Assembly: GCF_009914755.1 (NCBI RefSeq)
Contig: NC_060934.1
Reading direction: 5' to 3' (one strand)
DNA length: 64,000 bases
DNA from: the human T2T-CHM13v2.0 reference genome, Homo sapiens
The notes under the pieces were generated by a model. That model had not been told where the DNA came from and did not search any database. It saw only the letters and a list, made by a program, of their open reading frames with translations. Every line of letters starts with the position of its first letter. Within the stretch, counting starts at the first letter, position 1. The position numbers and the translations under genes are program-made. This document shows positions 27,366-46,966 of the stretch, piece by piece.

Positions 27366-27900
27366 CACCAGCATTAGGAACTTTAGCATGTCAAAATGAA
27401 TGTTTACTTGTGAACTCGATAGAGCAAGGAAACCAGAAAGGTGTAATATTTATAGGTTGGTAAAATAGATTGTTTTTCATGGATAATTTTTAACTTCATT
27501 ATTTCTGTACTTGTACAAACTCAACACTAACTTTTTTTTTTTTTAAAAAAAAAAGGTACTAAGTATCTTCAATCAGCTGTTGGTCAAGACTAACTTTCTT
27601 TTAAAGGTTCATTTGTATGATAAATTCATATGTGTATATATAATTTTTTTTGTTTTGTCTAGTGAGTTTCAACATTTTTAAAGTTTTCAAAAAGCCATCG
27701 GAATGTTAAATTAATGTAAAGGGAACAGCTAATCTAGACCAAAGAATGGTATTTTCACTTTTCTTTGTAACATTGAATGGTTTGAAGTACTCAAAATCTG
27801 TTACGCTAAACTTTTGATTCTTTAACACAATTATTTTTAAACACTGGCATTTTCCAAAACTGTGGCAGCTAACTTTTTAAAATCTCAAATGACATGCAGT
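27366..27900 (+). promoter_or_regulatory. Cluster of miRNA seed matches: miR-138 CACCAGCA 27366, miR-155 AGCATTA 27370, miR-181 TGAATGT 27397, miR-30 TGTTTAC 27401, miR-135 AAGCCAT 27692, miR-204/211 AAAGGGAA 27718, miR-9 ACCAAAGA 27738, miR-199a-5p ACACTGG 27841, miR-22 GGCAGCTA 27864, miR-217 ATGCAGT 27894
   Basis: Exact 7/8-mer seed complements read from the sequence. Several of these miRNAs are known SIRT1 regulators. Confidence 0.7.
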
Positions 27901-28748
27901 GTGAGTAGAAGGAAGTCAACAATATGTGGGGAGAGCACTCGGTTGTCTTTACTTTTAAAAGTAATACTTGGTGCTAAGAATTTCAGGATTATTGTATTTA
28001 CGTTCAAATGAAGATGGCTTTTGTACTTCCTGTGGACATGTAGTAATGTCTATATTGGCTCATAAAACTAACCTGAAAAACAAATAAATGCTTTGGAAAT
28101 GTTTCAGTTGCTTTAGAAACATTAGTGCCTGCCTGGATCCCCTTAGTTTTGAAATATTTGCCATTGTTGTTTAAATACCTATCACTGTGGTAGAGCTTGC
28201 ATTGATCTTTTCCACAAGTATTAAACTGCCAAAATGTGAATATGCAAAGCCTTTCTGAATCTATAATAATGGTACTTCTACTGGGGAGAGTGTAATATTT
28301 TGGACTGCTGTTTTCCATTAATGAGGAGAGCAACAGGCCCCTGATTATACAGTTCCAAAGTAATAAGATGTTAATTGTAATTCAGCCAGAAAGTACATGT
28401 CTCCCATTGGGAGGATTTGGTGTTAAATACCAAACTGCTAGCCCTAGTATTATGGAGATGAACATGATGATGTAACTTGTAATAGCAGAATAGTTAATGA
28501 ATGAAACTAGTTCTTATAATTTATCTTTATTTAAAAGCTTAGCCTGCCTTAAAACTAGAGATCAACTTTCTCAGCTGCAAAAGCTTCTAGTCTTTCAAGA
28601 AGTTCATACTTTATGAAATTGCACAGTAAGCATTTATTTTTCAGACCATTTTTGAACATCACTCCTAAATTAATAAAGTATTCCTCTGTTGCTTTAGTAT
28701 TTATTACAATAAAAAGGGTTTGAAATATAGCTGTTCTTTATGCATAAA

Positions 28749-28774
28749 ACACCCAGCTAGGACCATTACTGCCA
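28749..28774 (+). promoter_or_regulatory. miR-34a target site in the SIRT1 3'UTR
   Basis: ACACCCAGCTAGGACCATTACTGCCA versus the miR-34a reverse complement ACAACCAGCTAAGACACTGCCA: seed ACTGCCA plus extensive 3' pairing. miR-34a repression of SIRT1 is established. Confidence 0.85.
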
Positions 28775-28947
28775 GAGAAAAAAATCGTATTGAATGGCCA
28801 TTTCCCTACTTATAAGATGTCTCAATCTGAATTTATTTGGCTACACTAAAGAATGCAGTATATTTAGTTTTCCATTTGCATGATGTTTGTGTGCTATAGA
28901 TGATATTTTAAATTGAAAAGTTTGTTTTAAATTATTTTTACAGTGAA

Positions 28948-29020
28948 GACTGTTTTCAGCTCTTTTTATATTGTACATAGTCTTTTATGTAATTTACTGG
29001 CATATGTTTTGTAGACTGTT
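28948..29020 (+). promoter_or_regulatory. Two miR-132/212 seed sites (GACTGTT at 28948 and 29014)
   Basis: Exact 7mer-m8 matches. Confidence 0.65.
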
Positions 29021-29095
29021 TAATGACTGGATATCTTCCTTCAACTTTTGAAATACAAAACCAGTGTTTTTTACTTGTACACTGTTTTAAAGTCT

Positions 29096-29101
29096 ATTAA
29101 A
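29096..29101 (+). terminator. SIRT1: SIRT1 distal poly(A) signal ATTAAA (proximal AATAAA candidates at 28083, 28672 and 28708)
   Basis: Hexamer with TGTA upstream and a U-rich tract downstream; consistent with the known UTR length. Confidence 0.75.
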
Positions 29102-29671
29102 ATTGTCATTTGACTTTTTTCTGTTAACTTACATTGTTTAAGGTATATAATTTTTAAGTCTTGCAGAATTTGTACAGCTTCGAATGCTATAGTATTAGAT
29201 GCTTTCTTTCTCATACTACATTTCTTCATTTGGTTTATTACATTAGTCTCACCAGACCAGTACTTGCAAAACCCTGATGGTGCTGATCGTAGCAGGTGAT
29301 GCATCACCACCAAGCATTTCAAAAACTATTTCAGCCATTCTAGGCTAGAGGCCTGAGCAAGTAAAACATGGAGAAAAGGCAGGGCAGGGCCTAAGAAGGA
29401 TGTGACATGTCCTATGATAAAGGACCAGGAGTTTGGGATTTGAGAGAGAACAGGAAGTGGTGGATAGTGAAAATCCATCTGATGCAAAGGCTGGGTTAAC
29501 TGAAAATCTGTTCTGGGATGCTAGGTCTTTCAAGTCTGAAGACTGCAGACCACATTTGGTATCAACTTTCTGAGGCTGACCTGAGAACCTACTTAAGCCA
29601 TTAAAGGTTTTGAGGGCGAAAGTATTACTGAAGAGGCCAGCAGTGTACCCCTTAAAATGTATGTGTAACTT

Positions 29672-30032
<361 letters not shown>

Positions 30033-30624
30033 CTAGGTAGACCTGTCCTGTATATTGTTAGCACTAGAGAAATTACCTGTAAGATGATATCCTCAAAATA
30101 TTACAAAATTAAGGAACATTCTATATATGCACAAATTGAAGAAGTCAGGTAGTTGATACTTTTAAAGGTACATAGTCAATTTAAGTGGTCAAAAGGTATT
30201 TGGCAAAACCTAATTTAACTCAAGCCCTATGCATAACGTTATTGCTGAACCACTGGCTAATGCAGCATGTACTGTATTTCACTGATTGTAATACCCTAAT
30301 TAATGTCACATGGTTTAATTAGCGTTTTTTTTTGTAGTGGTACATAAAATGACGGTGGACCTTCAATCAATGGTGTTTTACATAATCCCCAACTAAGCTT
30401 TATTTGAAACACAACTTCTGACCTGTAATCTAGAAAGGGGTGGGGGAGTATGTATATGTATGTACACCAAAACCTCTCCCCCAAAGATCTAAAGCCATTC
30501 TAGGCCTTCAGCTCAAACTAGGATACTAGTAGAAAGTACAGAAAAATGGTCTAATGACCTCCCCACCTTTTGAAGTGACTGTCAAATGAGACTATTAAAA
30601 ACCACTTGAAAACTTTTAAAAAGC

Positions 30625-30742
30625 AAGAATAGCCTGAGACCTCCTAGAAATACAGATTTAATTGGTGTAAGGTGGGGTTTGTGCAGAGTATTAAAAACGC
30701 CCCCAGGCGATTCAAAAGTATAGCCAGATTTGAGAAACACCC
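30625..30742. mobile_element. MER5-like fragment
   Basis: cagatttaattggtg...ccccaggcgattc...gccagatttgagaaacac. Confidence 0.6.
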
Positions 30743-31231
30743 TTAGCTGGAAAAGAATTGAGGAGCTCTGTTTTGATGACTTTTAACATACACTCCTTAG
30801 GGCTGGCTTAAAAAAGGAGGTTAACTTACATTAGCCTCAATTCCCAAATTTTACCTAGAAATGCTTCATAAATTAGGTAATTTGGGGTTCATAAGCAAAT
30901 ACAGCAGAGTAGGGAGCTATCAAAATAGAGTGAATTCTTCAGCAAAGGAGGACAAAACTACCATAAGGCATTCTGGATGGTCAAAGTGCAAAAGAGGTTG
31001 GGGAGTGGAGGAAGAGACTGATGACAGGAATATTTTGCTCTTGTTTTAGCAGGCTTACCATGCACTCTTCAGGGGAAGACTGCTCTATGCCATATTACAC
31101 CTTGATTCACAGCTTTACTAAATGTAGTAAAAAGCTGTAAGGAAGAGCAACCTGATAGTAAAAATTGACCCCAATGAATGGTCCTTAGGAACAGATCCTA
31201 TGAGAAGGCTAACCGTGGGAATCTAATTTAG

Positions 31232-31575
<344 letters not shown>

Positions 31576-32313
31576 TGCATTCTGGTTTTATTTCCTTTTA
31601 ATTGAAAGGAGTGTCTTGGTTCTGCTGTCTTATTAATCATCCTGAACAATGGCTAATAGCTTGAATGACTACTAAGACAGGAGAGCTACACACACACTAT
31701 GTATTTGTACCTTACAAATAGATGTGTGGAGGCCAAATACTTCAGTATTTAGCCAACTCAATAATCATAGTCCCTACAATTTAGCAAATGATCTGCAGCC
31801 TTGCTGCTCTGATCTACAAAGCTCGAGACTTCTTCTTGTTTTTTAAAAGTAAGTGGCAATTTCAGAAATCTTCAATGGTATTTTAACTTTCTACCATGAA
31901 TCTCCTTGCTGTTAATACATTGTATCACAGTTCTGGAGTAACAGGGAGGAAAAGTCCCCAAATTAAACTTTGTACAGTGTGCTCCCAGATGCTATTCTCT
32001 TGTTAAAATATTTGTTCATGGAACTATTAATCCAAAGTGCCTGCTATTTCACAAATCAGCTTCATAATATACAAAGGTTACTACTATTGAGAAAGAGCAT
32101 CTGACATGCTTTTGATTTGAATAATTACTACCTCAAGAAGTGGATGAACAGGGAAAATGGTATAATATCAGGTATGTGGAAACACTCTCATGGGGAAGAA
32201 TGCTACTACTTTGAGACAAAGTACCTTAGGTGAGAATATTGTTTTAGTGCTTCTATCTATAGAAGAGTTCTATGGTTCGCCAATAGTTTTTTAAGTTAAT
32301 CTACTGAAAAGTA

Positions 32314-32537
32314 CAAGTCCACAATCCCTTATCCAACCCCTTGGGCTTATTTGCATTTTGGAATTGTGAATTCTGAAGAATTTTTTAAAGCACCCAATAG
32401 CGGTCATAGTCTTATTTAGTGAATACCATAAATAGCTTCAACAATTCAGATCAGGTTTTTCTGCAAAGTGAGAGATGACAATATTCTTTTCAGTTTTTTT
32501 AAATTTTAGAATTGCAGGTTAAGAGACTGTGGACCTC
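32314..32537. mobile_element. Internally deleted Tigger15-like MITE
   Basis: Imperfect terminal inverted repeats caagtccacaatcccttat ... taagagactgtggacctc, flanked by TA on both sides. Confidence 0.7.
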
Positions 32538-32644
32538 TATAAATTCATGTGGGAATAGAAACAAGTCATCCGAAATTTAAGAGACCTTCCCTGAACCATC
32601 CCTCTTTTTGAAAAATTTTGACTCTTATATGAGAACCACTGAAA

Positions 32645-33671
32645 GTTTAAATATTAAAACAATAAATCTTTATTAAACAGTTTTCACGGCATTTTAAAAT
32701 AAATTTAAAAAATAAATATTTGCATTATAGCAGAAAGTCACATGTATTGCATCAACTCACTTTTACAATTTAATGGCATGAGACAACTAAGCATCAGCAC
32801 CATAAAACTGTTAAGATTTGTTTCTTAAATTCAAGGAAATAGCTCTAAAGCACTGCAGCATCAATAATTTTGAAAGCTATAACCCAGTGATTGGTGCTCA
32901 TAGTAGCCAATGTTTCTTTTTATTACTGGCAACTGTGGAGACAGAGTTCTTCCAGTACTAAATATTAATAAGTTCTCTGATCGACAATCCCCCATCTATC
33001 AGTGTGTCAGGATTCACAAAGAAAAGAACTGCAGGTTATGTAGTATATTCCCTATCTGTGATTTAGGTTTGCACAAAGACACTTATTCTAGCAAAAAAGA
33101 AAAGATAGTGTTTCCACCATGCTACCTTTTTTTTCTTTTTATAGAGTCTCAGAGTAAGATTTAAATCATAATTTTTAACCTTTAAAAGTCTGTTCAAGTT
33201 CAATTACAACCATAGAAACTGTACTGGTATCAGAACATAACTATTTTATTACAAAACTTAACATTATTTACAAAATGAAAAAATAATCAAATGACTATTG
33301 CAGGCCAAAGTTAAAGGTTTTTCACTCAATGATTGAAGAAAAATTAAGCAATATTTCCATGCACTCACACCAGATCATTTCTGAAATATGCAAACTCTTA
33401 AAATTCATGTTAGTAAAACTTTAATGTATTCATAATACTTGCTATGTTTATTAGAAGATGGTCAAAAAAAATCCATGGTTCTGTACAATAATATTAACAG
33501 TTTGTTCATTTTCCTTTAATATTTTTTGGCTTCCATGAACACTCGTAGATTGAACATTCTGCAAGTAAGAATTATAATAGTACCTCTGTCACCTTGCTGA
33601 ATTCATCACCACAAGAAAAACACAAATAGTTTAATGCTTTTGCACTAAACTGAATAGTTATAACTCCAAAG
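32645..33671 (-). other. HERC4: HERC4 3'UTR
   Basis: Follows the stop codon. Minus-strand AATAAA at 33448-33453, 33245-33250, 32918-32923 and 32669-32674. The end is approximate. Confidence 0.75.
32669..32674 (-). terminator. HERC4: HERC4 distal poly(A) signal AATAAA (a proximal candidate lies at 33245-33250)
   Basis: TTTATT on the + strand at the distal edge of the non-repetitive UTR-like sequence. Confidence 0.65.
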
Positions 33672-33880
33672 TTATATTAAACTGAAGCCTTCATTGTGAT
33701 CAATAGCTTGGATCAGTTTAGAGCGTAGAGTTTCTTTTTCTGTATATTTTGGAAGATCCAGAAGATTAAAACAAGTATGGGAAACTGGGAGATACTCCTC
33801 ACCACCTCCTGTGGACTGGATGACTAGTTTCAGACTCTTCATACCAAGAATAGGAATGCGATCACTACCTGTCAAAAATA
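33672..33880 (-). CDS. HERC4: HERC4 last exon coding part: (L)[68 protein letters not shown]; catalytic Cys codon at 33771-33773
   Basis: ttcttggcag| acceptor on the - strand, HECT LPxSHTCFN motif and terminal EGFxL, TAA stop at 33672-33674. Confidence 0.97.
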
Positions 33881-34307
33881 CTGCCAAGAAAGAAATCATT
33901 CAGTCAACCACTTCAAAACAAAAAGATACAGTAGCAAGTAATATTTGGTACAGTCGCTACAGCAGAGCTTCACTTTAACATCTGCTCTAACGTGTTATCT
34001 TACTTCCTAATTTGTGGAAGACAAGTTTTTTGAGACACATTCTAATTGCTCATCCACACAATATTTTTTCTTTAAAAGTATAATCTTAATACTGGCACAA
34101 AGGAAGTGCTTAATAAATGTTTGATAAGTGAGTATTTTGCCATTGCCAAAACATTTTGAGAGCCCTTTTTTGGAAAAGCCATTCAGAACTAGTTGACAAA
34201 CCAAATACAAAATGCAGTTTTGATTATGATTTCTTTTTCTATTTGCTTCGTTTCTGTTATTTTTTTTAAATCAGAAATTTATAATGGGCAGCCAAAATTC
34301 AAATCAT

Positions 34308-34500
34308 TCTTTTTTTTTTGAGACGAGTCTTGCTCAGTTGCCCAGGCTGGAGTGCAGTGTGCGGTCACAGTCACAGCAGCCTCGACCTCCTGGGCTCAAG
34401 CAATCCTCTCTACCTCAGCTTCTGGAGTGGCTGGGAGCACAGTCACCAAGCCCAGGGCTAATTTTTATAGAGATGAGGTTTTGCCATGTTGCCCAGGCTC
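34308..34500 (-). mobile_element. Partial old Alu
   Basis: Degenerate AluJ-like motifs. Confidence 0.85.
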
Positions 34501-34836
34501 AAATCACTCTTAAAGAGTAATGATTTCTCATCCTTATGACACACAGAAGAATTTGACCAAGATTCTCGGAGGTTGCCAAATCATTCCTGGCAAAAGCAGG
34601 AGTATCAAAGGAAATGTCACCGATTTGGACACATAAATTCTGACAACTTTAAAAATAAGTCAAATTTCAATTAGAATACAGACTTTAACAGAAGAAAGAT
34701 ACACAGGCATCAGTTATAAATGAGGGAACTAAGGCCTGAAAAAGCTTTATTTTATATAGAAATTGCCAAAGTTTTAGTCTTGAAGCAAAAAGAAAAAGAA
34801 AAAGAAAATGAAGACCAAACAGAGAAAAGAGCAATA

Positions 34837-35510
34837 CAGTTGGCCCTCCGTATCTGTGAGCTCTGTATCCATGGATTGAACCGACTGCAAATCGAAAATA
34901 TTTTCAAAAAATGGATGCTTGTGACTGTACTGAATGTGTCAACTGTTTTTCTTGACATTGGTCCCTCAACAATACAGTATAACAACTATTTACATAGCAT
35001 TTACATTGTATGAGGTATTAATAACATGTACATTCATGTGTCACTTAACGATGATGATATGTTCTGAGAAATGCATCATTAGGTGATTTCATTCTGTAAA
35101 CATCATATATTTACACAACCTAGACAGTATATAGTCTACTACACACCTAGGCTACATGATATAGCCCTATTGCTCCTAGGCTACAAACCTGTACAGCATG
35201 TTACTGTACTGAATTCTGTAGGTAACTGTAACATAACAGTAGGTATTTGTGTATCTAAACATAGAAAAGGTACAGTAGCTGTATTATAATCTTACAGGAC
35301 CACTATCGTATATATGGTCTGTCATTCACTGAAAAGTCATTATGTGGCACATGACTGTAATCTAGAGAAGATTTAAAGTATAAGGATATGTGTAGGTTAT
35401 ATGCAAATACTATGCCAATTTATACAAGAAACTTGAGCATCTACTGGATTTGGGTATCCTTGGCAGGGAGGTCTTGGAATCAATCCCCCATGTATGCCAA
35501 AGGATGACTA
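34837..35510. mobile_element. MER2 (TcMar-Tigger) interrupted by a complete Tigger3a/MER7A at 35031-35357
   Basis: MER2 TIRs cagttggccctccgtat / atgccaaaggatgacta with TA flanks. Inner element TIRs cattcatgtgtcacttaacga / tcattatgtggcacatgactg, also with TA flanks. Confidence 0.85.
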
Positions 35511-35825
35511 TACTCCAGAGATCTTTTTAGAAATCTAAAAGGAATTCTACAATCCTAGTTTATTGTAACCACAGTTTATTGTAACTATAACATAGCTATA
35601 GTTTGCTTTCATTTCCAAGTTAGCTTCCATTTTACTTCATAGAATGAATCAATGCTATTTTGAAGGCAAACTGAATTTAGCCTTTGAAATAAGAAAATAC
35701 ATGTACTGAAGAGTGCAGATAGTTCTGTTTCAAAAAAATTACTTGAAGATTAAAACAGGGCTTTGGAATAATACTATAATTAGATTCCAGTCTCATAAAG
35801 TATACAACTAGTTAGAAATACTTAC

Positions 35826-35928
35826 ACAGAAACTGTTTCTTCTTTTCCAATGGTAATTCGTGAAATACTTCCCAAAAAATTTTTATCGTAGGATGTTCTG
35901 CCCAATATTCCCCTTTGTATTCTGTATT
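35826..35928 (-). CDS. HERC4: HERC4 penultimate exon (103 nt): NTEYKGEYWAEHPTIKIFWEVFHELPLEKKKQFL
   Basis: ttttag|AAT acceptor and CTGT|gtaagt donor. Frame joins both neighbouring exons; start of the HECT C-lobe. Confidence 0.97.
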
Positions 35929-36344
35929 CTAAAAACAACATAATCTTTTATTAGTATTAAGGGACACACTGGCTAATATATTAGCACATAAAGCTAACAT
36001 GGTCCAGTAGTTTGCAACTTGTGCAATTCAATGGATTGCCCACTGTTTTCTGGACATTTACAATTTGAAGCTATTAGTTCCAGGAGAAAAAGAAGAAATA
36101 CGTAAGAATCACCAGAAATCTTTCCTAGCACTTCAAAGAACATGATAGGATCATACTATCATCTTCAAAAGTAAATAAAGAGAAACTAGATAAAATAATG
36201 TTATAGGACCATCAAAAGTCTGACATGGAATTATCTGTGATAATCAGAAAATTCCCTTTCTCTGTATTCATGAACAGAAGTCAAACCATTACAATTTATC
36301 TCTCCTTTTAAAAATATGGTACTAAGCAACACTAAAAATTTTCT

Positions 36345-36820
36345 GAGGTAGTTTCCAAGATGGCCACCAGTGAGCACTGCCTCCTGGTATTCATGCCCGT
36401 GTGTATAAGGATACTGTGAATATGAGGAATGTATGACTTCTGAGACTAAATCATAAAAAAAAAAACCTCTATGGCTTCAGCCCTTCTTCTGGATCACTCA
36501 CTCTGGGGGAAACCAGTTGTCATTTCATGAGGATATTCAAACATCCCTATATGGAGAGAAGTACTCATGGTGCTATACTGAGGCCTCCTGCCAACAGTCA
36601 TGTGAGTAAGCCACCTTGGAAGTGAATCTCTATCCTTAATCATGCTTTTAGATGCCTATAGCACCAGCCAATATTCTGACTGCAACTTCATGAGGGAACC
36701 CTGAGCCCAAACTACTCAGCTAAGCCACTCCTGAATTCCTGACCCACAGAAACTATGAAACAAGAGTTTCATTGTTATTTTGAAGCCAATAAGTTTTGGG
36801 GTAATTTGCTGCAATAGGAC
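36345..36820 (+). mobile_element. MLT1F-like MaLR solo LTR
   Basis: aagatggcc...ctcctggtattcatgccc...tcactcactctgggggaa...aattcctgacccacagaaact...taagttttggggtaatttg. Confidence 0.8.
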
Positions 36821-36854
36821 TAAAATATCTCCCCTGTCAAAAATATTAGTACTG

Positions 36855-37180
36855 GCCGGGCGCGGTGGCTCACGCCTATAATCCCAGCACTTTGGGTGTC
36901 CAAGCCGGGCAGATCACTTGAGGTCAGGAGTTCCAGACCAGCCTGGCCAACATGGTGAAACCCCATCTCTACTGAAAATACAAAAATTAGCTGGGCATGG
37001 TGGCAGGCGCCTGTAATCCCGGCTACTTGGGGGAGGCTAAGGCAGGAGAATCGCTTGAACTTGGGAGACGGAGGTTGTAGTGAGCCAAGACTGTGCCATT
37101 GCACTCCAGCCTGGTCAACAAGAGCGAAACTCCATCTCAATAAAAAAAATAAAAAATAAAAAAAAAAAACAACAAAAAAA
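36855..37180 (+). mobile_element. Alu (TSD attagtact)
   Basis: Full Alu with A-tail. Confidence 0.93.
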
Positions 37181-37249
37181 TTAGTACTAAAAGAGAAGCA
37201 GGTAGGAAGTAGAGAGGAAATAGTTTATACTGTGAACTGTTCTTATCCA

Positions 37250-38980
<1,731 letters not shown>

Positions 38981-39371
38981 GCTGTTATATCATTTTCATT
39001 TTAAGGTGATTAGAGGTGGAGTCCATTTCCACTGGGGGACCCCTTAGAGTTAGTATCTACAGGCTTCTTCTTTTGAGAAGATCAATTTACTACTACACAA
39101 GAACCTTCAATCTCCTTCCTGAAGGATTTACACCTGGCTACCAGCTGTGTAGCATCCTCAGTGTTACCTTGTTTCCCAAATTGTAAAGCCTCTCTCCCAA
39201 GCTGTCTTTTGCTGGGTAGGAGAGGGGACATGCATGGTCCAATTATTCTTTAAAATGGCTTTAAAGTAATTCTGTTGCCCTTAGTCCAACCTTCATCCCT
39301 GCCATTAAGGGTAACATGGTATACCAATTCTTGAGCCTTTCAGATTCTAGGATATAAAATGAGTTGCCTCG

Positions 39372-43117
<3,746 letters not shown>

Positions 43118-43327
43118 GATGAGTTTTCTATATCAATACCACCAATTATAATAGTGTCTAATTCATATACCGTTCAAATCCATTCATTGTGGAGTTTGAA
43201 GGGTAGAGTGCTTTCCTGTAAAATGGTAGTAATAAAGTGTATAAAATAAAAAATAATACATAAAAAGGCAAGATTTCCATATATAAATCTTTCCATTTAA
43301 CAATATCAGAGATTAGTTTTCCCCTAC

Positions 43328-43511
43328 CTTTTCCAGTTCCTTCCAATCATAATTTGTATTTCCAATGACCATTGCTTGTAGTTCATTAGGCTGAAAGAGC
43401 AGAAGGACTTTTCCTCCACAGACCTTATGAAAGCCCGCATGAAAAGCATCAAATAAGGAAGCCACTGATTTATTGAATATGTAATCCACATAAGCATCGA
43501 CAAACTCTTGC
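43328..43511 (-). CDS. HERC4: HERC4 exon (184 nt): (R)QEFVDAYVDYIFNKSVASLFDAFHAGFHKVCGGKVLLLFQPNELQAMVIGNTNYDWKELEK
   Basis: ttctag|G acceptor and AAG|gtaggg donor. Covered by ORF 43313..43531. Confidence 0.97.
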
Positions 43512-44464
43512 CTAGAAATGAAAAAGCACACATGTACAGATTATAAAAATCATGTATGAAGAATCCATAATGTAGTCATTAAAACTTCAAGTGCTCCTAC
43601 AATTTCTGCTACATATCTACGAAACTGAGAATGTATGAGTAGCGTTCAAACAGGACAAAACCAAAGTCACTATGGAAAAAGCTATTATTCTTTCTATATA
43701 AAAATCAGCTGTATCCATGAGGCATTCAGTTATTCTTAGGCTATTCCTAATGGAAAAAATGTCATTTCCTAATGGGCAGAATGATGCAAATGGCTATGAA
43801 AATAATTTTAAAATATTTACAAGTTATTGAGAATTTATATATATCATGTCACATGCATCCCTAAAAGGAATGTCTGTTACAAACAATAGGTGACAAAAAA
43901 ATGAGAGCTTTGGATTCAGATCATTTGACCAACTATAGCCTTCTTTTCCTTGGGTTCCAAGGAATCTGAACAAAATTTACTTTAACAAATGCCTAAGAGA
44001 GGGTACTAAGCATTCTTTTAGGATAATCATTAAAGAGTACAAGTGTAGTTTCTTTTCAAATGTACGTGTGAATACATATACAATCACTTCTGATTCTCTT
44101 CTATCTCTTATGATACAAAACGAAACTGTAAAGAAAAAAAGAAGCCCCTTTAACCCCTGAATTTGAACCACAATCTTATTCAATCTGTTTTGTTTTGCTA
44201 GCCACAACATTTTATGATGCTATCTGGTCAAATAATGAGAATGGATACTAGAAGATTTCACTATTTTATATCTTTGTCTTCCAAGTAATAAAGGATGATT
44301 CTGCAATAGGAATAATGGTAAGTTGCCTTTCAGAACCAAGTTTTTTTTTAAAACAAGGATATCTAGAAGGACCTAAAATTTTTTCACATCATTTTAAAAA
44401 CAGCTTTATTTTTATCAAAGTAAGACATATCAAGAGTTTAAAACATCAAATAGTAACAATCCTA

Positions 44465-44670
44465 ATAGCCAACATTTACTGAGCACTACATGTGCTAGTT
44501 CTTATTCTAAGTATCTTAAAATATTGTCTCATCTAGTTCTCAACCCCATGAAGTAAGTATAATTTGTCATTCCATTTAACAGAGAAGGACACTGAGGCAT
44601 TGAGACATCAACTAATTTATTTAAAGTTATAAAGCATCTAAGTAGCGGAATTAGGATTATAATCCTTTGG
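44465..44670 (-). mobile_element. MIR
   Basis: aacatttactgagcacta...aaccccatgaagtaag...actgaggcattgaga. Confidence 0.7.
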
Positions 44671-44699
44671 ACCAACTCCCTGGCAACAGCCACTATTAA

Positions 44700-46750
<2,051 letters not shown>

Positions 46751-46883
46751 ATTTCCTCACTAACCACTCAAAATTAAAGTTTTATTGGAGTAAAAGCTTA
46801 GGGTTGTGACACGTTTTCTACGTACAGAAGAAAATGTCTACTGAATCTTATTACTCCCACTGTTGCTGCTAAAATTCACTTAC

Positions 46884-46966
46884 CGATTTTGTTTGTTAAC
46901 AGCTGTGTCTGCACCATTTAGAACCAGCTCTTTCACTTCTGTTGCACCAAAGTTTTCAACTGTGAT
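46884..46966 (-). CDS. HERC4: HERC4 exon (83 nt): ITVENFGATEVKELVLNGADTAVNKQN(R)
   Basis: aatag|ATC acceptor and CG|gtaagt donor. Typical HECT ELxxNG...VxxxN motif. Confidence 0.96.

Larger units (their letters stand above)
27335..29125 (+). other. SIRT1: SIRT1 3'UTR (~1.8 kb, AU-rich, no obvious interspersed repeats)
   Basis: Runs from the stop codon to ATTAAA at 29096-29101, followed by a U-rich stretch. The 3' end is approximate. Confidence 0.85.

Noticed and set aside
28004-28333. 109-aa antisense ORF in the SIRT1 3'UTR, or a possible antisense lncRNA
   Set aside because: No sequence-level evidence for a transcript or coding signal; it cannot be supported without expression data.
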